Assembly: GCA_038496445.1 (NCBI GenBank)
Contig: JALMLS010000391.1
Coordinates: 1-64,000 of the forward strand
Direction of reading: 5' to 3'
Origin: Trichosphaerium sp. ATCC 40318
Taxonomy: Eukaryota > Protista > Tubulinea
DNA length: 64,000 bases
Below the pieces are notes generated by a model. That model ran no database searches. It was given only the letters and a program-made list of their open reading frames with translations, and was not told the DNA's origin. Below, piece after piece: positions 24,758 through 37,307 of this stretch (position 1 is the first letter of the stretch; every line of letters starts with the position of its first letter). A program made the translations under genes and the position numbers.

Positions 24758-27372
24758 TCAAGACAACTTAAGACGTTCATTCATTTGTACTAAAACTGGC
24801 CAATCTGGATGATTTGTTCCGTGGTGCAACTTCACAAGATGAATAGCATACTCGGTGTGCCTGTAATCCCAAGAAAATTAGCACCAAATAAAAAAATCTA
24901 TCCAAAAACTACTTACGTTTTCGCTTCATCTCTCATTCCTGAGTTGAAAGCTAGTTGTGCTGTACGTACGGACACGTCAACCTAAAGCAAGAAAAGGTCT
25001 TTAGTAAAACCACTAAGCCTGGTAAAATAGATAGCGTACAAGTTCGACTGCGTTTTTATCAAAAATTTCAGAAAGTAATTCACGTGATTGTCGGCATGCT
25101 CCATAAGCTTTTTTCCAATTACTCTTACATGCATACTCATATGCTAATAAGTTATAAGTATCTGCACACCTAGTTATAGTACATACCTAAGGCATCTAAC
25201 AATTTAGCATGAGTCATTGGTTGTAGCTTTGCATGCTTCTCTTGAAGAAAGGCATTCGCTGAACTACAAATATTTGGTATTTCTTCATTGTTATTCTTTA
25301 AGTTCTACAAGGAATTAGTTAATATTGTATTGTCTTTGTATGTACATACGTCTATGAGTTTTTGAGCATACGTCTCTGATACTTCATCTACAATTATAGA
25401 TTGTTCAGATGCTGTGCACGCAGTGCAAGCACATCCGAAGCAATACTTTTCTTTCAAAATCGTCCTTAAGTTTATGTTAAGTTAATTTAGGAATAAATAC
25501 CATACTGTCGCTCTTGCTTAGTGTGACGTCCGTGTCGAGGTCCATAACAGTGGTATACTTCGTCGCCTTTTTGAATAGCCACAGTAGATCGTATAGAGAG
25601 TAGAGTGCCGTTGTAAGTGATAGTAGTATTAGGGTCGCAACTGTGATTTATCATAGCAGTATTGACATACAATCCCGTACCAATACGTTCTTGTACAACT
25701 TCTAATTAATCATTTTAGATCATATTCATTGAAAACAGATTGTCACATACCAGTGACACTTTGTTTATTATCATATAAGCTCTCCCAAGGTCTTGTATCT
25801 CTAGATGTTACAATAGCCTATTAAAAAGGTGTAAGCTGTCATACCGAACTAAAATTGCTGTACGTTTACTGAGAGCGCACAGAGGACAGTTACAACTTTC
25901 TATAGATTACAAGTTAAAAAGGTCAACAACGTAATGGTGGTGTAACTCACTGTAACATCAAATCGTCCTGGGAAAGCTTGAGAGAGCAAACTGGCGTTAA
26001 CTATGTGCTTTGCAAGTTCGGCATTTGTAATATCATTTATATGAGACTCTAAAGGAGATACAACGCTCTCATAGCCCTAAACAACTTGTCAACTAAATAT
26101 ATTGATTCTTCACAAACCTCTTTAAGCATTATCTGCGATGCCAGTACTAGGCTATGTGGAGCTTCCTTATTGAAAATAGTACAAGACACTATTTCTTCAA
26201 ACTGTTTATGTCTTTTGGTCCATTGATCGTAGCAATCAGTAGTGCAAAAACATACTGTACACGACAGTTGATGAGGAATAAAATCATCACTAAGAACATA
26301 AATAAAAAGAGATGATAGGGATGTATGTACTTCTGAAGCAAGTCCGTCCCGCAGTTATGACATGTTCTGTACATTGCTGAATTTAGTGGAACCCATGAAA
26401 TAGGTTGTTCTTTTATTATTTGCTCGCTTGCACGAACGAATGTTTTGGCTTGAATACCTCTATTCTTGTTCTCTACACTTGTGACATGCACTGTACATAG
26501 TTAAAATGATATTTTTGTGCAACACAATAAAGAAGGGGGTGGTACCTTTGTCGTTCATTTCAATTGTGATACTGTCTCTATCAAAACTGGTTGCTGTTTT
26601 TGGTGTTTTGAACGATATGGTGGATTTTAGTATGTCTTTTGTTACTGGTAATTTCCTTCCTTTATTCTTACACAGAGTCTCAAGAGATTCCCATGCTTTT
26701 TCAGCAATTTCTTTTTCTCCTGTAACAGCAATGAGAAAAAAACAAGAAAAAAATGCTCTAAACCAAAATTAAAGGATACCGTACCAAGTGCAACATGTGC
26801 CTTTATTTTTCTTACTGACAATGCCAAGCGAGTCCTTAAAGGACAAAAGGGAGATGCCAATGCCCTATCACATGCAATAACGCACCTGGCCATAAATTTA
26901 AGCTGAAACCTAGTTGCTACTAATCAATGTAATGAACTCTTTCTAACACTTCATTGACGCACCAAACAGCAGATCTGTTACCGTACAATGTTGGTTCTAT
27001 ATCTTTTGGAGCGTAACAGAGCGCCTAGAGAGTGTAACTAACCATGGTAACAACGTTTGACGACCTTGTTGTAATAATTCAGCGCTTTTGAAAACTGCCT
27101 TGATTTGTACTGTTTATTGCCTTGAGTTTTAAACTCTAAAGCGACTAAAGGCAGTTTGATAAGCAATTGTTCTAAATGAATCTGTACATACTGTTTTCTG
27201 ATTTAGACTCCATTGTAGCGTATTTCGACGCCAAATCAACGCATTTTACGCTCTCAGCGAGTGAATTAATCTTCTCATTTCTATTTTCTTTCGTCGATTG
27301 CGTAAGCGCCTTCAACACAGTCTCTACAGCATAATGACGGGCTTTTTCTGTTTCTTCCTGAGAAAACGACAT
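24758..27372 (-). CDS. TPR + SET/MYND lysine methyltransferase (SMYD4-like)
   Basis: TPR motif EFKTQGNKQY, MYND-like CHNC, SET motif GTGLY..AMINHSCDPN..HCYGP and post-SET YCFGCACTAC. Confidence 0.85.
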
Positions 27373-27502
27373 ATGGGAGTTTTTATTTATAAAGTGAGCC
27401 ACTACTGCCGGGGTAGTGATGTATTGCGTGTCACTAGAGTTCAAAGAATCGAGTTTGACTTTTTATCCGTTTCATTGTGTACTGTACAGCACCCGCTTTA
27501 TC

Positions 27503-28899
27503 GTATGAACGCCGCCCCGCCACCAGTAACGACAGACTCGTTCCATTCTCGTGTACAGGTCCAAGCCATACCAAAACCGCTTAGTCCAGCTTTTCCACGC
27601 CCACAGCGCTTTGCAGAGATAACCTTGATAGGTTCTGCAGGTACGTTTATTCAAATTAGCGTGTCGACACTAACAAGGTGTCAGAATGCCCTTTTTCACA
27701 AAGCACGGCGATGGCGCTCTTTCTTACACATCATCAACGATTTAGTTTTCTACAAATACGCCTTCGTGACCAAGCGAATAGATATACACATAACTACAAA
27801 CCAGAATGGTACGAAACTAGTTGGCGCCAATTTGGTAACATTCCTTTCAATCTAAATTGCGATAAAACCTTCGTCAACCGCACCTCTACGCATGGCAGTA
27901 ACGTTGACAGCGCTAAACGATTTTTTATTGACCACAACGCGATTTTGCGTTTTACAAAACCGTTTAATGAAAACATAGGTTATTCTCCATAGCTCCCACA
28001 GGCGAACTACCAGTCCTTATTCACGATAATATAACTCTCTGTGGTACCACTGCTTGTAACATGCATATAGAACAGTTATGCTTCAAAGACGTGCAACAAG
28101 AGCACCCTTACAACCCAGCAAGCCATCGTGCGTAAAAAACTTGTCACTCAAAAAAAAGAAAGAAAACTCACCTCAAAATAGAACAGTGGATCCAATTTTG
28201 TCAATCTCAGGTATTGTCTTTTTACTCGCTTCATTCCTATTCTTGACGTTATATGTTATACCTCCTAAGACATGTTATTTATTTAGATAGTACCTTTATT
28301 CTTTAAAATCCTTCAGTGTCGTACAGATCCTAAACTATCACAACTGAAGGAACAGTTATTGTATAATTTAAAAGTAGCAAACTGTTTTTTTGCTTCAAAA
28401 AAACAAGAAAGTAAAAGTAATACACCGTACCTACTTGGTACATGGATATCTATGGTATGTGTAGATTATATAAGCTTAGTATCGTTCATGCAAATCACCA
28501 TGACTGTCTGTGCTAACGTGATTTTTTGTTTAGGCTGATATTTTTTGGCTTCCATTTTATTACAGAATAATATACGTCCTTGGTGAATTAAGAGACTTTA
28601 AGATACCTCATACTGATGAATATGAATTTTTGACATACTGGTTTAATAATGTTATACATGCAACATGCTTTAAGTGGTCATTATTTGGAGGTACATGCGC
28701 AACTTGATGATTCGCAAAACTGATAAAACTAACTTTCTTGTTTTTTCGTATAGATGAAAAAGATTACAGAGCACTTCTTATAAAAGCTTATAAACCTATT
28801 GCTGATGGAACATATAAAATTGACGATATGTTAAAGACTAGGGTTCATATTAGTACAAAACAAGTTGTACCTGCAGTATGCCCGTCTTATTTTTTGTGA
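27503..28899 (+). CDS. Glutathione S-transferase-fold protein (DHAR/CLIC/omega-like); two apparent frameshifts
   Basis: CPFSQ and KPEWY in the N-domain; YLLGTWISMADIF..PFYYRI..LGELRDFKIP in the C-domain. Frame breaks near 27678 and at the T-run at ~28540. Confidence 0.55.
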
Positions 28900-29260
28900 A
28901 AAGAACAAAACAATGTACAACAAAAAAAATAGTATGAAAAAACTTTAGAAAGAAAACAACACTCTTCCTTGTATTAAATAAATTTTTGAAGATATTTTAC
29001 TCTCTAATAATGCTTTTTGTTATGATAAATGAACAAACCAAGGAATACCAATGTAGCGGTTGAAAAAACTGTACAAACAAACTTTGGTTTTGCCAGTCAA
29101 AATCAACTAAAAAAAAAGAGTTTACAGTTTTCATATTCACGATCAGTCGCTTCTTCAATCACTAATTAAACTTAAAGCTATGCACAGCATATACAGTTAT
29201 TATTAAGGTAAACTTTTAGGATCAAGTGACATGTGTAACCAATAACTGAAAATTTTTTCT

Positions 29261-29992
29261 TTATTTTTTTCCTTTGTGTTTTTTTGCTACAACATCAAAG
29301 TATAAATCTTTCTCATTATCTAATAAGTACTTTCCTACATCTTCACTAAACCAATCAAGTTTTACCATTTCATCAACAATACTCTTCTTTTCATCCACGC
29401 TTGTAGAAGCATGCATAGAAGATAGCTTAGCTCTTATCTTTGTTGAAGATAGTTCTGACAGCTCTTCCTCTACAAATATTATTCGATGCCTGTCTTCAGG
29501 TGGTGTATCAGGTCCAGGCTCTTTAGGATTTCCAAACTCACTCTTCAACCTCTCTGTATCTCCTTTTCTTGCAATCATAACAAAATTAAACTTTTTGTTC
29601 AGTCTTGCCTTGTGAGGCTTTGAACGATCACCTCCTGTTACTATAACCTTTGTTACTACTCCGTGCTCCTTATACACTTCACGTTGATGGAATTTGAGGC
29701 ATGCGTTTGCGCTACCAAAGGTTTTTTTGAGAGGAATAATCCAAGGGTCATTTTGGGTCAACAGTCTACACATTTCTAGTCTGTGGTCTCCTTTCATTGC
29801 CTGGCCCTTTAATTTACTTTTTACGTATCCATCTGGTGCTGTAGCAAGGTAGCCGAATAGAACGCATCCAGTTCCAAAGTGTTCTTCCAAAGCCTTTCTT
29901 GCTGTCTTTAATGTCTGTAAATGAGTTGTGTGAACAGGATTAAACGCTCCGCCAATAGATAATATGAATTTACGCTTTGTTGCTTCGCACAT
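29261..29992 (-). CDS. Intronless HIGH-family nucleotidyltransferase (NMNAT/NadD-like)
   Basis: GGAFNPVHTTH, HRLEMC, GGD and SSTKIR in an uninterrupted 243-aa ORF. Confidence 0.8.
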   Translation of the reverse strand: MCEATKRKFILSIGGAFNPVHTTHLQTLKTARKALEEHFGTGCVLFGYLATAPDGYVKSKLKGQAMKGDHRLEMCRLLTQNDPWIIPLKKTFGSANACLKFHQREVYKEHGVVTKVIVTGGDRSKPHKARLNKKFNFVMIARKGDTERLKSEFGNPKEPGPDTPPEDRHRIIFVEEELSELSSTKIRAKLSSMHASTSVDEKKSIVDEMVKLDWFSEDVGKYLLDNEKDLYFDVVAKKHKGKK

Positions 29993-30454
29993 TGTAGATA
30001 TTTACTTGAACTGAACTTAAAACTGTAATAGTGGTGATGTGGCACTTGAGATTCTATTAAAAAGTGTCGAAAAGTTCAATGAAACAGAAATCGTCACGAC
30101 TGACACCTTTTTTACGGGTCAAACTTGGGACCACCAAATCAATCCCACAACGTTTGTCGTAACCATGGCCTGGCTCTAATTACGTATGTAGTTGTTGAAA
30201 AACATGACCTAGTACCTATTCAAGGTGCATGAACGGCTCCCACTCAAGGTCAGTAAGAAATCACGTGAAGTTGTGCACTACTTTGTTTGAAAATCACAGG
30301 TTAGATTTTATGACTGGACTTGTGGGGTGATCAATCATCAGCTACAAACTTTAACAGTGCAATAAACTAGGTCCTTTACGGAGGATTCACTTTATAGTAG
30401 TACAGATTATTATTTGGTTACTTTTACAATTATGTTTACGAAATACAGGAGTTC

Positions 30455-31092
30455 TTAAGAAGTTGGAGTTGGGGTAAATTCTCTTACTCTCAATAGCTCT
30501 GGTGGTTCTTCCAACAGCAATCTCGGTAATTGATAGGATCCGTTGATGTGCATTGTAGGTATAACAGCTAGTATTGAGCGAATTGAAGGTAGTACTGTTC
30601 CAGATGGACGAGGTACAGGTTGAAGGTATGTCCCCGGTTTTGGACCTCCGTATATTTTGTCTCTTCTCTTCTTAAACGAAGGGACGTGTACGCCAAACGT
30701 GACATTATGGGGAGTGTTATCATGGAGTTTTCTAAGGGAATCACATGTTGTGCTTGTCACGTATGTTTCATAACCAATTCGTGTATTTTGACGACCAGAA
30801 GAAGGTTTCTTCGCTGTAAGTCTTGGTAGCTCTTTTCTCCTTCTTGTTTTAGTAGTTGCCTAAATAGATAGTTAATTTAACCCAACTAGTTCAGAAGGTA
30901 CTTTCAATAAGCGGAGTAGGTTTTCAACAAATTGTAAGGTTGTACAATTGGAAAATATTGATGAGCTTGCGGACGTTTAGGTACCTTTGTTTTAAAGACT
31001 GGTTTGTTTAGAATTTGCGATTTTGACCTTTTCGCAGATAGACCAACTAGTGTTGCTACAGCAAATACTTCGCTTGTATGAAGGGATTGCAT
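30455..31092 (-). CDS. Hypothetical basic/Pro-rich protein (two exons)
   Basis: Open frame at 30455-30860 behind a canonical acceptor, with a plausible ATG exon. No recognisable domain. Confidence 0.35.
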
Positions 31093-31825
31093 TATAAAGA
31101 GATGATGTTAAAGTTGTTGGGAGTGTAGTTTTTTGTAGGAGTGTTCATTTTCTATTTAGTTTTTTTTTGTACAGATTGAACCTGTATGTCCGTGTGGAAC
31201 TACTGTTCGTGTTAACTGGTTTGGTTTGCGTCTATGCTATCTTCCTATTGAATACAGTAACGGCTATTTATGACAATACTCCATCAATCATGATCACACC
31301 ACAACATTACGAGCGTGGCTATTACTTGGAGTTATTTGAAACGTTTTGTGAAAGCCCGCGGAGAAAGCAAAAAACGCTTGTCACACGTGATATGTTAAAC
31401 CATATTTAACAATTTTGGACTGTTATACTCCGCTTTAGGGTTGAAAGTTAATACCCTCTCTTTAGTGTTATTTTAGTCCCTTTTTGATGTTGGATGTGTT
31501 CCGCAAAAGGTCAGTCTTTTTTTTGAAGATCATATACTGTCTTCTAATGTTTAAACAGCTGTACTGAAATATACGGAAAAGAAGGCTGTACGGAGTTTGT
31601 AATGACTTTGTGTGAACCAGCACACATTATTTCTCTCGAGGTCAAAGATTTTTTGGCTGAATAGAAGAAGCTTCTCACAGGAACTTTCGTAATAGCAAAA
31701 GGTTGAACGGTAGCGAAAACACAAGTTACTATCACGTGATTCAGAAAACAATGGTAGCTGATGTAAACGACTGTACAGAGGTTCTTCATTGACTCAAGTA
31801 AGCTAGTAGTGTTGCACGTTTACCA

Positions 31826-34250
31826 ATGAAAAAAACAAAAATAAGCTCATACCGTTCAACTAGTTAGTTACAGTACGGTATTGTACACTGTAGTACTTAT
31901 TAAAATGTTAGGAGGAAAAGGTAAACAATTACAAAACAGTAACACGGTTTTTTTAGTAAAAAAGGGTTTATTTTTCACTTTAAATAACAATAAGGAGGTC
32001 GTCCTCCAACACCTTTTTTTGGATATTTTTTAGTACTCCATATCCATGTCGTACGCTTCATCTGATTCACATTCTGAATCTGAATCTTCACCTATTTTTT
32101 ATTCATTAGCTTTATTGCAATTTATTCTGAAATATTATGTGTACCATCAAAGTATCCACCCTCCCAATCAGCACATTCCATTTGTGCTTCATACTTTACT
32201 TTTTTCGCAATTCTTTTTGTATTTTTATTCGATTTCATATCCTCAAGCTGTTCTTTGCCCTTTTTAATTAATTCAACTACAGCTCCTTTATCATCCTGTA
32301 ATACATAAAGTCAGTAAATTATGTTTTATAATGTTGTGAGAAGATAATAAGAAAAAAAAAGAACATGTTTTTTAGTCAACTGTTTACAATTGAAAGAACG
32401 GCATGTTTGTACCTTATCTTTTACACGTTCTAGCAATGTAATAACGGCCTGTTTTTGCTCTATTGCTTTGTCTTTCTGTCCTTTTTCAAGCAATTCAGCA
32501 ATCAGTTTATTCTGAAAGTAGCAAGTGTTAATTACACAAAATCTTGAATAACACTCATAAGCGTACCAGCATTGCAGCTTCTTTGATTGCAACAGCTACC
32601 AATACTTCGCCATCCATATCTGTAAGTTTTTTTCGGTCCGTTGATGGTGTAAGTTGAAGGTGACCAGTCACAGTTTTAGTTGTATATTGTTGTTCCTATT
32701 AACAGACCTGTGAGCATGGCGACTTTTTACAAAAGAAAATGTTGACTATTGGCGTTATGTGTACCTTTCCTGATGCTAGTACTTCGTACGATAGCTTCCA
32801 AGATATCACCATAAACGACTCTTCACCTTTAGGACATTCAGTCTCACATTCTACAAGAATACGTGTTGTATCATTCGCCATTAAATCACCAAGTTGAATA
32901 GCTGGAATCATACAAAGTAAGTAAAAGTCAATGATGAACACGTGAAGATTGTCACGTGATGTGAGTTAGAAAAGCCGTACCTGATGGTTTATCGTCTTTT
33001 CCCCATACTTTAGTTATTTGAGTTCCTTTGGCAGCTGTGAGGTTCAACACAGCGCTGATACCTTTAAGCTCAAGTAATCCATGAATTGCTTTCGAAATTC
33101 CTTGTTGGATAGATATTGGTGAGCTTAAGAACATGTAGTGACCGCCACCGTGTGCAGCAATAGCCTATGACATTTTAGCTCGGGAATTATAAACTAGGTA
33201 CACATTACCATCATCATTTTCTCATCAAAATCGCTTCCAATACCAAACGCAGAAGTCTTCAAAAATAATTAGAAAAAAAAACATTTGAAGCAAAAAAGCC
33301 TTACTGTGACGCCTTGGTCTGCCATCTTTACAACTATTTCAGATACCTTATCTATACTTTTAATACCTTCATTTGCAAGGCCATCAGAAAACAAGAAAAT
33401 ACGCTTAATGGCTCCATTTTTGGTCTTGTGTTTTTGAAGTAAATCAAATCCACGTTGTAGCTATTTTAAAAAAACGTTAGCGCTTGACTTCTTTCACGTG
33501 ATTCCGAAAAAAAGAACGTACTCCTCCAGAGAGGTTAGTACAGCCTTCTGTTTGTATATCTTTCACATCTTGTTTGAGGTATTCTTTGTCTGATAAATCA
33601 TCATCTGTACAAAAAAATTAAGTAAGTTTCGCAACCTATTTTTATCTTACGTTCAACGATTGTTGTTACTTTAGATCCATAGGCGACAATTGTCAATTTA
33701 TCCTGTGTAACGCTGTTAGTGATATAGTATAGATGCGCTTGAGGCATACTTTACCGGGTTCCAGATGTTTTATCACTTTTTTCAACGCTTTCTTTGCGAA
33801 ATGTAGTTTACTACCGTCCATTGATCCAGAACGATCCAAAACAACCGCCAGTTCCTTTGGCAAGTCAGTTTCAGACACCAATTCGGTCTACGTTATATTT
33901 TAAACCGTACAATGGGCGCTCTGACTGCTGAGTTCTCGTTTTTTGACGTAATAACCTTCAAAGCGCAGTTCCATGTTGAGGTACGTTTTGCTTTTATAAA
34001 CGCGCATGCAGGTGCCGCAACGACACTGACGGGTTCTGTTGGGGTTGCAGGATTGTTAGGAGTTGCTGCCATGATGTATAGTATGAGATTTTAATGGTTT
34101 TGAGTTCGCGAACCAAAACCAACAACCAACTATTTTTCAATGAACGTAAAAAAAGTAAAATTATTAGCTAAACAATGCCATAACAAGAAAACGCTAAGTC
34201 ATTGGTAAGCTTATAATGCACTCAACTTTTACATTCAATGACTACATGTA
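31826..34250. repeat. Direct duplication copy 1 (partner ~47388-49760)
   Basis: Exons are near-identical and introns diverged; boundaries are approximate. Confidence 0.92.
32030..34072 (-). CDS. von Willebrand factor A domain protein, copy 1
   Basis: RAPI|ELAVVLDRSGSM (MIDAS), TNLSGG, IFLFSDGLANEG, SAFGIGSDFDE, and an acidic tail ending DMDMEY. Confidence 0.88.
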
Positions 34251-34622
34251 ACATGTAGTCTTTCTTCAGCTTGTGGATCATGATGCATTGATATTCTTAC
34301 AGCCACTTCATCTTATGCAATCAATGCAAGTGTTTTTCATTTTGCTGTATGTCTGACACTTGACATCCAAATATTGTTGTATCCTACAACATGATGTATA
34401 ACATCAGCAATAGTAATGTCTACTAACCGATTAAACTTGTTTTTGATAGTCACGTGCGCTAGGATTTTTCAAGAAAAGTCAGTGTTGAGCACCAACTTCA
34501 AAGGCGTTCCGTTGACCAAAATCTCATACGGTTTTAACCACGTCACTTCGAAATCACTGAATCTCTCTTAGTAGTCCACAGTATGTTGTCATAGCCGCAA
34601 TTGAAGTTTGTAATTAGCCACA

Positions 34623-37106
34623 ATGGACATTCTAGAATACTTTATTGCAACATTCGCCCTCCTCTTATTCGCGTGGCTTGTGCTTGCTCTAACGTATTGC
34701 TGCAGACGTACAAAACCCTTTCACGGTTATAAAGTAGGCGCTCCTATATCTGTAGGGATAGGTACTATCCCTCTTGATTTGATTTCACTACTGAAAAACT
34801 TAGACCTTGGAACAACTCAGTGTTGTGCGTCGTTTTGGTCTAAGAAGAATAATTGGATAAAGACAATACCGTTAGACAATGGTAACAAGTTAATGCCTTC
34901 AGTTGTTTATCTTGATCCAGACACAGGCTCGTTTGAAGTGTGATATAAGTCCTACACCCAAAATTATGAGTAACTTCACAGTAGGTTGGCAAGAGTGCTT
35001 TGAAAAAGCAAAGATCTCTACCCAGAAGCGTTGTGAGTAACGCAAAAAGGTTAATAGGCCGGGAATATTCTTCAGCAGAGTGTGAAATGGTAAGGAGACA
35101 AAAAAGTTGTTAGGATTTTTTGTAACTAGTCTTTCTTAGGTTAGAAGAAATGCAAGCTATTCTATTATCAAGGGTGTAGAAGATAAACCTGAAATCAGTG
35201 TACATCTAGTTGCTTATCTTTTTCTTCTGACACGTGATTATAGTTACCGTACAAAGGCGGATATAAAACATTTTTGCCAAAAAAGATAAGTAGCGTGCTG
35301 TTAGCAGGCATTAAACGATCGATAGGTATCACCCCATTCTTTGCCTCGGATATAACCTAGTAATGTTCATTTATTTAGAGACCTACCTTGGTAGACCTAT
35401 TGACTCTGCAGGTACACTGCTAAAAAGCTAAGATATTCTAACAACAATCTATAGTTATAACTGTTCCTGCTCATTTCGGTGAGGTGAGTGGTACTATTGT
35501 AAACAACAGATTCATCATTGAGTAAGGTCCAACGACGAGCAACAAAAGAAGCTGCTTCTATGGCTGGACTTAGCGTTGCAAGAATAATAGCTGAGTACGT
35601 TTTCAAGCATTTTTGTTTGTTGTTGAGCGTTTGATGCAGGCCTACAGCTGCAGCGATAGCGTACGGATTTACTTTTGCTGGAGTAAGAACGATATTGGTT
35701 TTTGATTGGGGAGGAGGAACGCTTGATGTTTCATTACTAAAGTTAGATAACGGAGAATGTCGTGTTGTTGCAACTGCTGGGAAATCACATCTTGGTGGAG
35801 CAGATATAGATATCAATGTACGTTGCAATATATCTTAGTATACACGTAATCTCAGATAATTATGAATACGATTAGGTACTTCACTTTGTTATTGATAAGA
35901 TATCTACAGACTGTGGTGTAAATATCAGAAAATACCCGGAAATCATGGTAGAAGTACGGACATTCATGTTCACAATAGTTCTGACCATCAAGGTAACGAG
36001 GAGTTGCGAACAAGCCAAAGTGACACTGTCAAAGGAAGACACTGCTCTCATTTCTGTAACAAACATACCTAACATTGGCACACATCAGATTACATTAACA
36101 AGGTGAGTTATACGATCCTATGATTGACTTTGAATTAAATTGCTTTAGAGATCTTTTTAATACTTTAAACGAGGATATCTGGAGCCAAGCAATGGAACCT
36201 GTACAAAAAACGTGAGCTATAAAATTAGTACTGATATCGCCACAAGATAGGTGAAGCTCTCAATTCTTCAGGTGTTGTTGAAAGCGAAGTTACAGAGGTT
36301 GTACTCGTAGGAGGATCATCGAGAATTCCAAAAATAAGGGAGCTTCTCACGTCCCGTTTTGGAAAGGTGGTTGATATTCAATTTAATCACCTGTTTGATT
36401 TATTTCAACCTTAGGAACTATGTACAGTTGTTGATGCAGATAAAGGCGTTGCTTGGGGTGCTGGTATTCAAGCAGCAATGCTATCTGGTGTCAGTAGTGA
36501 ATTACTTTGTGATTTTTTACTGTTTGATATCACTGCTTCTGATATTGGTATTCTTAACTCTAACAACGAGATGGTATGTATGGCTCTATCCCTTGTCTAA
36601 ATACACCTAATACAATATTGGGTTAGGTCACTCTGATTCCGCGTAACACCCAACTGCCAGCACGAGGAGAAAAGGTGTTTTCAACATACGAAGATGACCA
36701 AAAATATGTTACAGTTAAAGTGTATGAAGGAAACAACAAAACAGCTCTGTGAGTCTTTTCCTTTTACCTCTATCTATGTTTTTGCGTTTACTATATTAAC
36801 AGAGAAAACGGGTATATTGGACACTGGACGCTACCAATTGCAGATGCTAAAGGAGCAAAGAAAGGCGAAAGAAAAGTGAAAATTGTTATCGAACTTGATA
36901 TAAATGGACTACTTCGTGTAAGTCATGAAACACTTGGTGTACCACCTAGATTTATGTCAACTATTGCTTGGATATCGTTTGGTATTTACATAGCAGGTAA
37001 GAGTTAGACCAGTCACAACAATAGTCACAAAGTACTTTTCATAGGAGTAATATGCTCAGTCTGCTACTGGGGTTTTTTGCAATTCCAGAAGAACCCAGGT
37101 GGATAG
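34623..37106 (+). CDS. Atypical Hsp70 with N- and C-terminal hydrophobic segments and no lid domain
   Basis: [68 protein letters not shown] and VYEG; ends [11 protein letters not shown] + TM segment. Confidence 0.88.
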
Positions 37107-37307
37107 AAGCTAGCTCGGATACGTGAACCCCCTTAAAATTATGCGAAAATTACAGAAGCATATCACGCTGTTCTTCAACAAGAAACATTAAAATAAAGAA
37201 ACAAAGTCGAATTCAAAAGTGTATTTTATGAAGTATTGCAAAGAATATTTTTCACAAAAACAGTTTTGTTGTTATATCTCATGTAGTTTTTCTTTAATGA
37301 GTTTCTC

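Noticed and set aside
26770-26790. U12-type (GTATCCTT) minor intron donors
   Set aside because: The few RTATCCTT matches lie behind an ordinary GTACGG donor, on the wrong strand, or in transposon sequence. There is no support for minor introns.
31100-31800. Hydrophobic ORF 31167-31409
   Set aside because: It has no proper ATG context or continuing exons and cannot be supported as a gene.
33860-33915. Apparent +1 frameshift in VWA copy 1 relative to copy 2
   Set aside because: It lies inside the first intron (GTACGG...AAG). Splicing gives RAPI|ELAVVLDRSGS in both copies.
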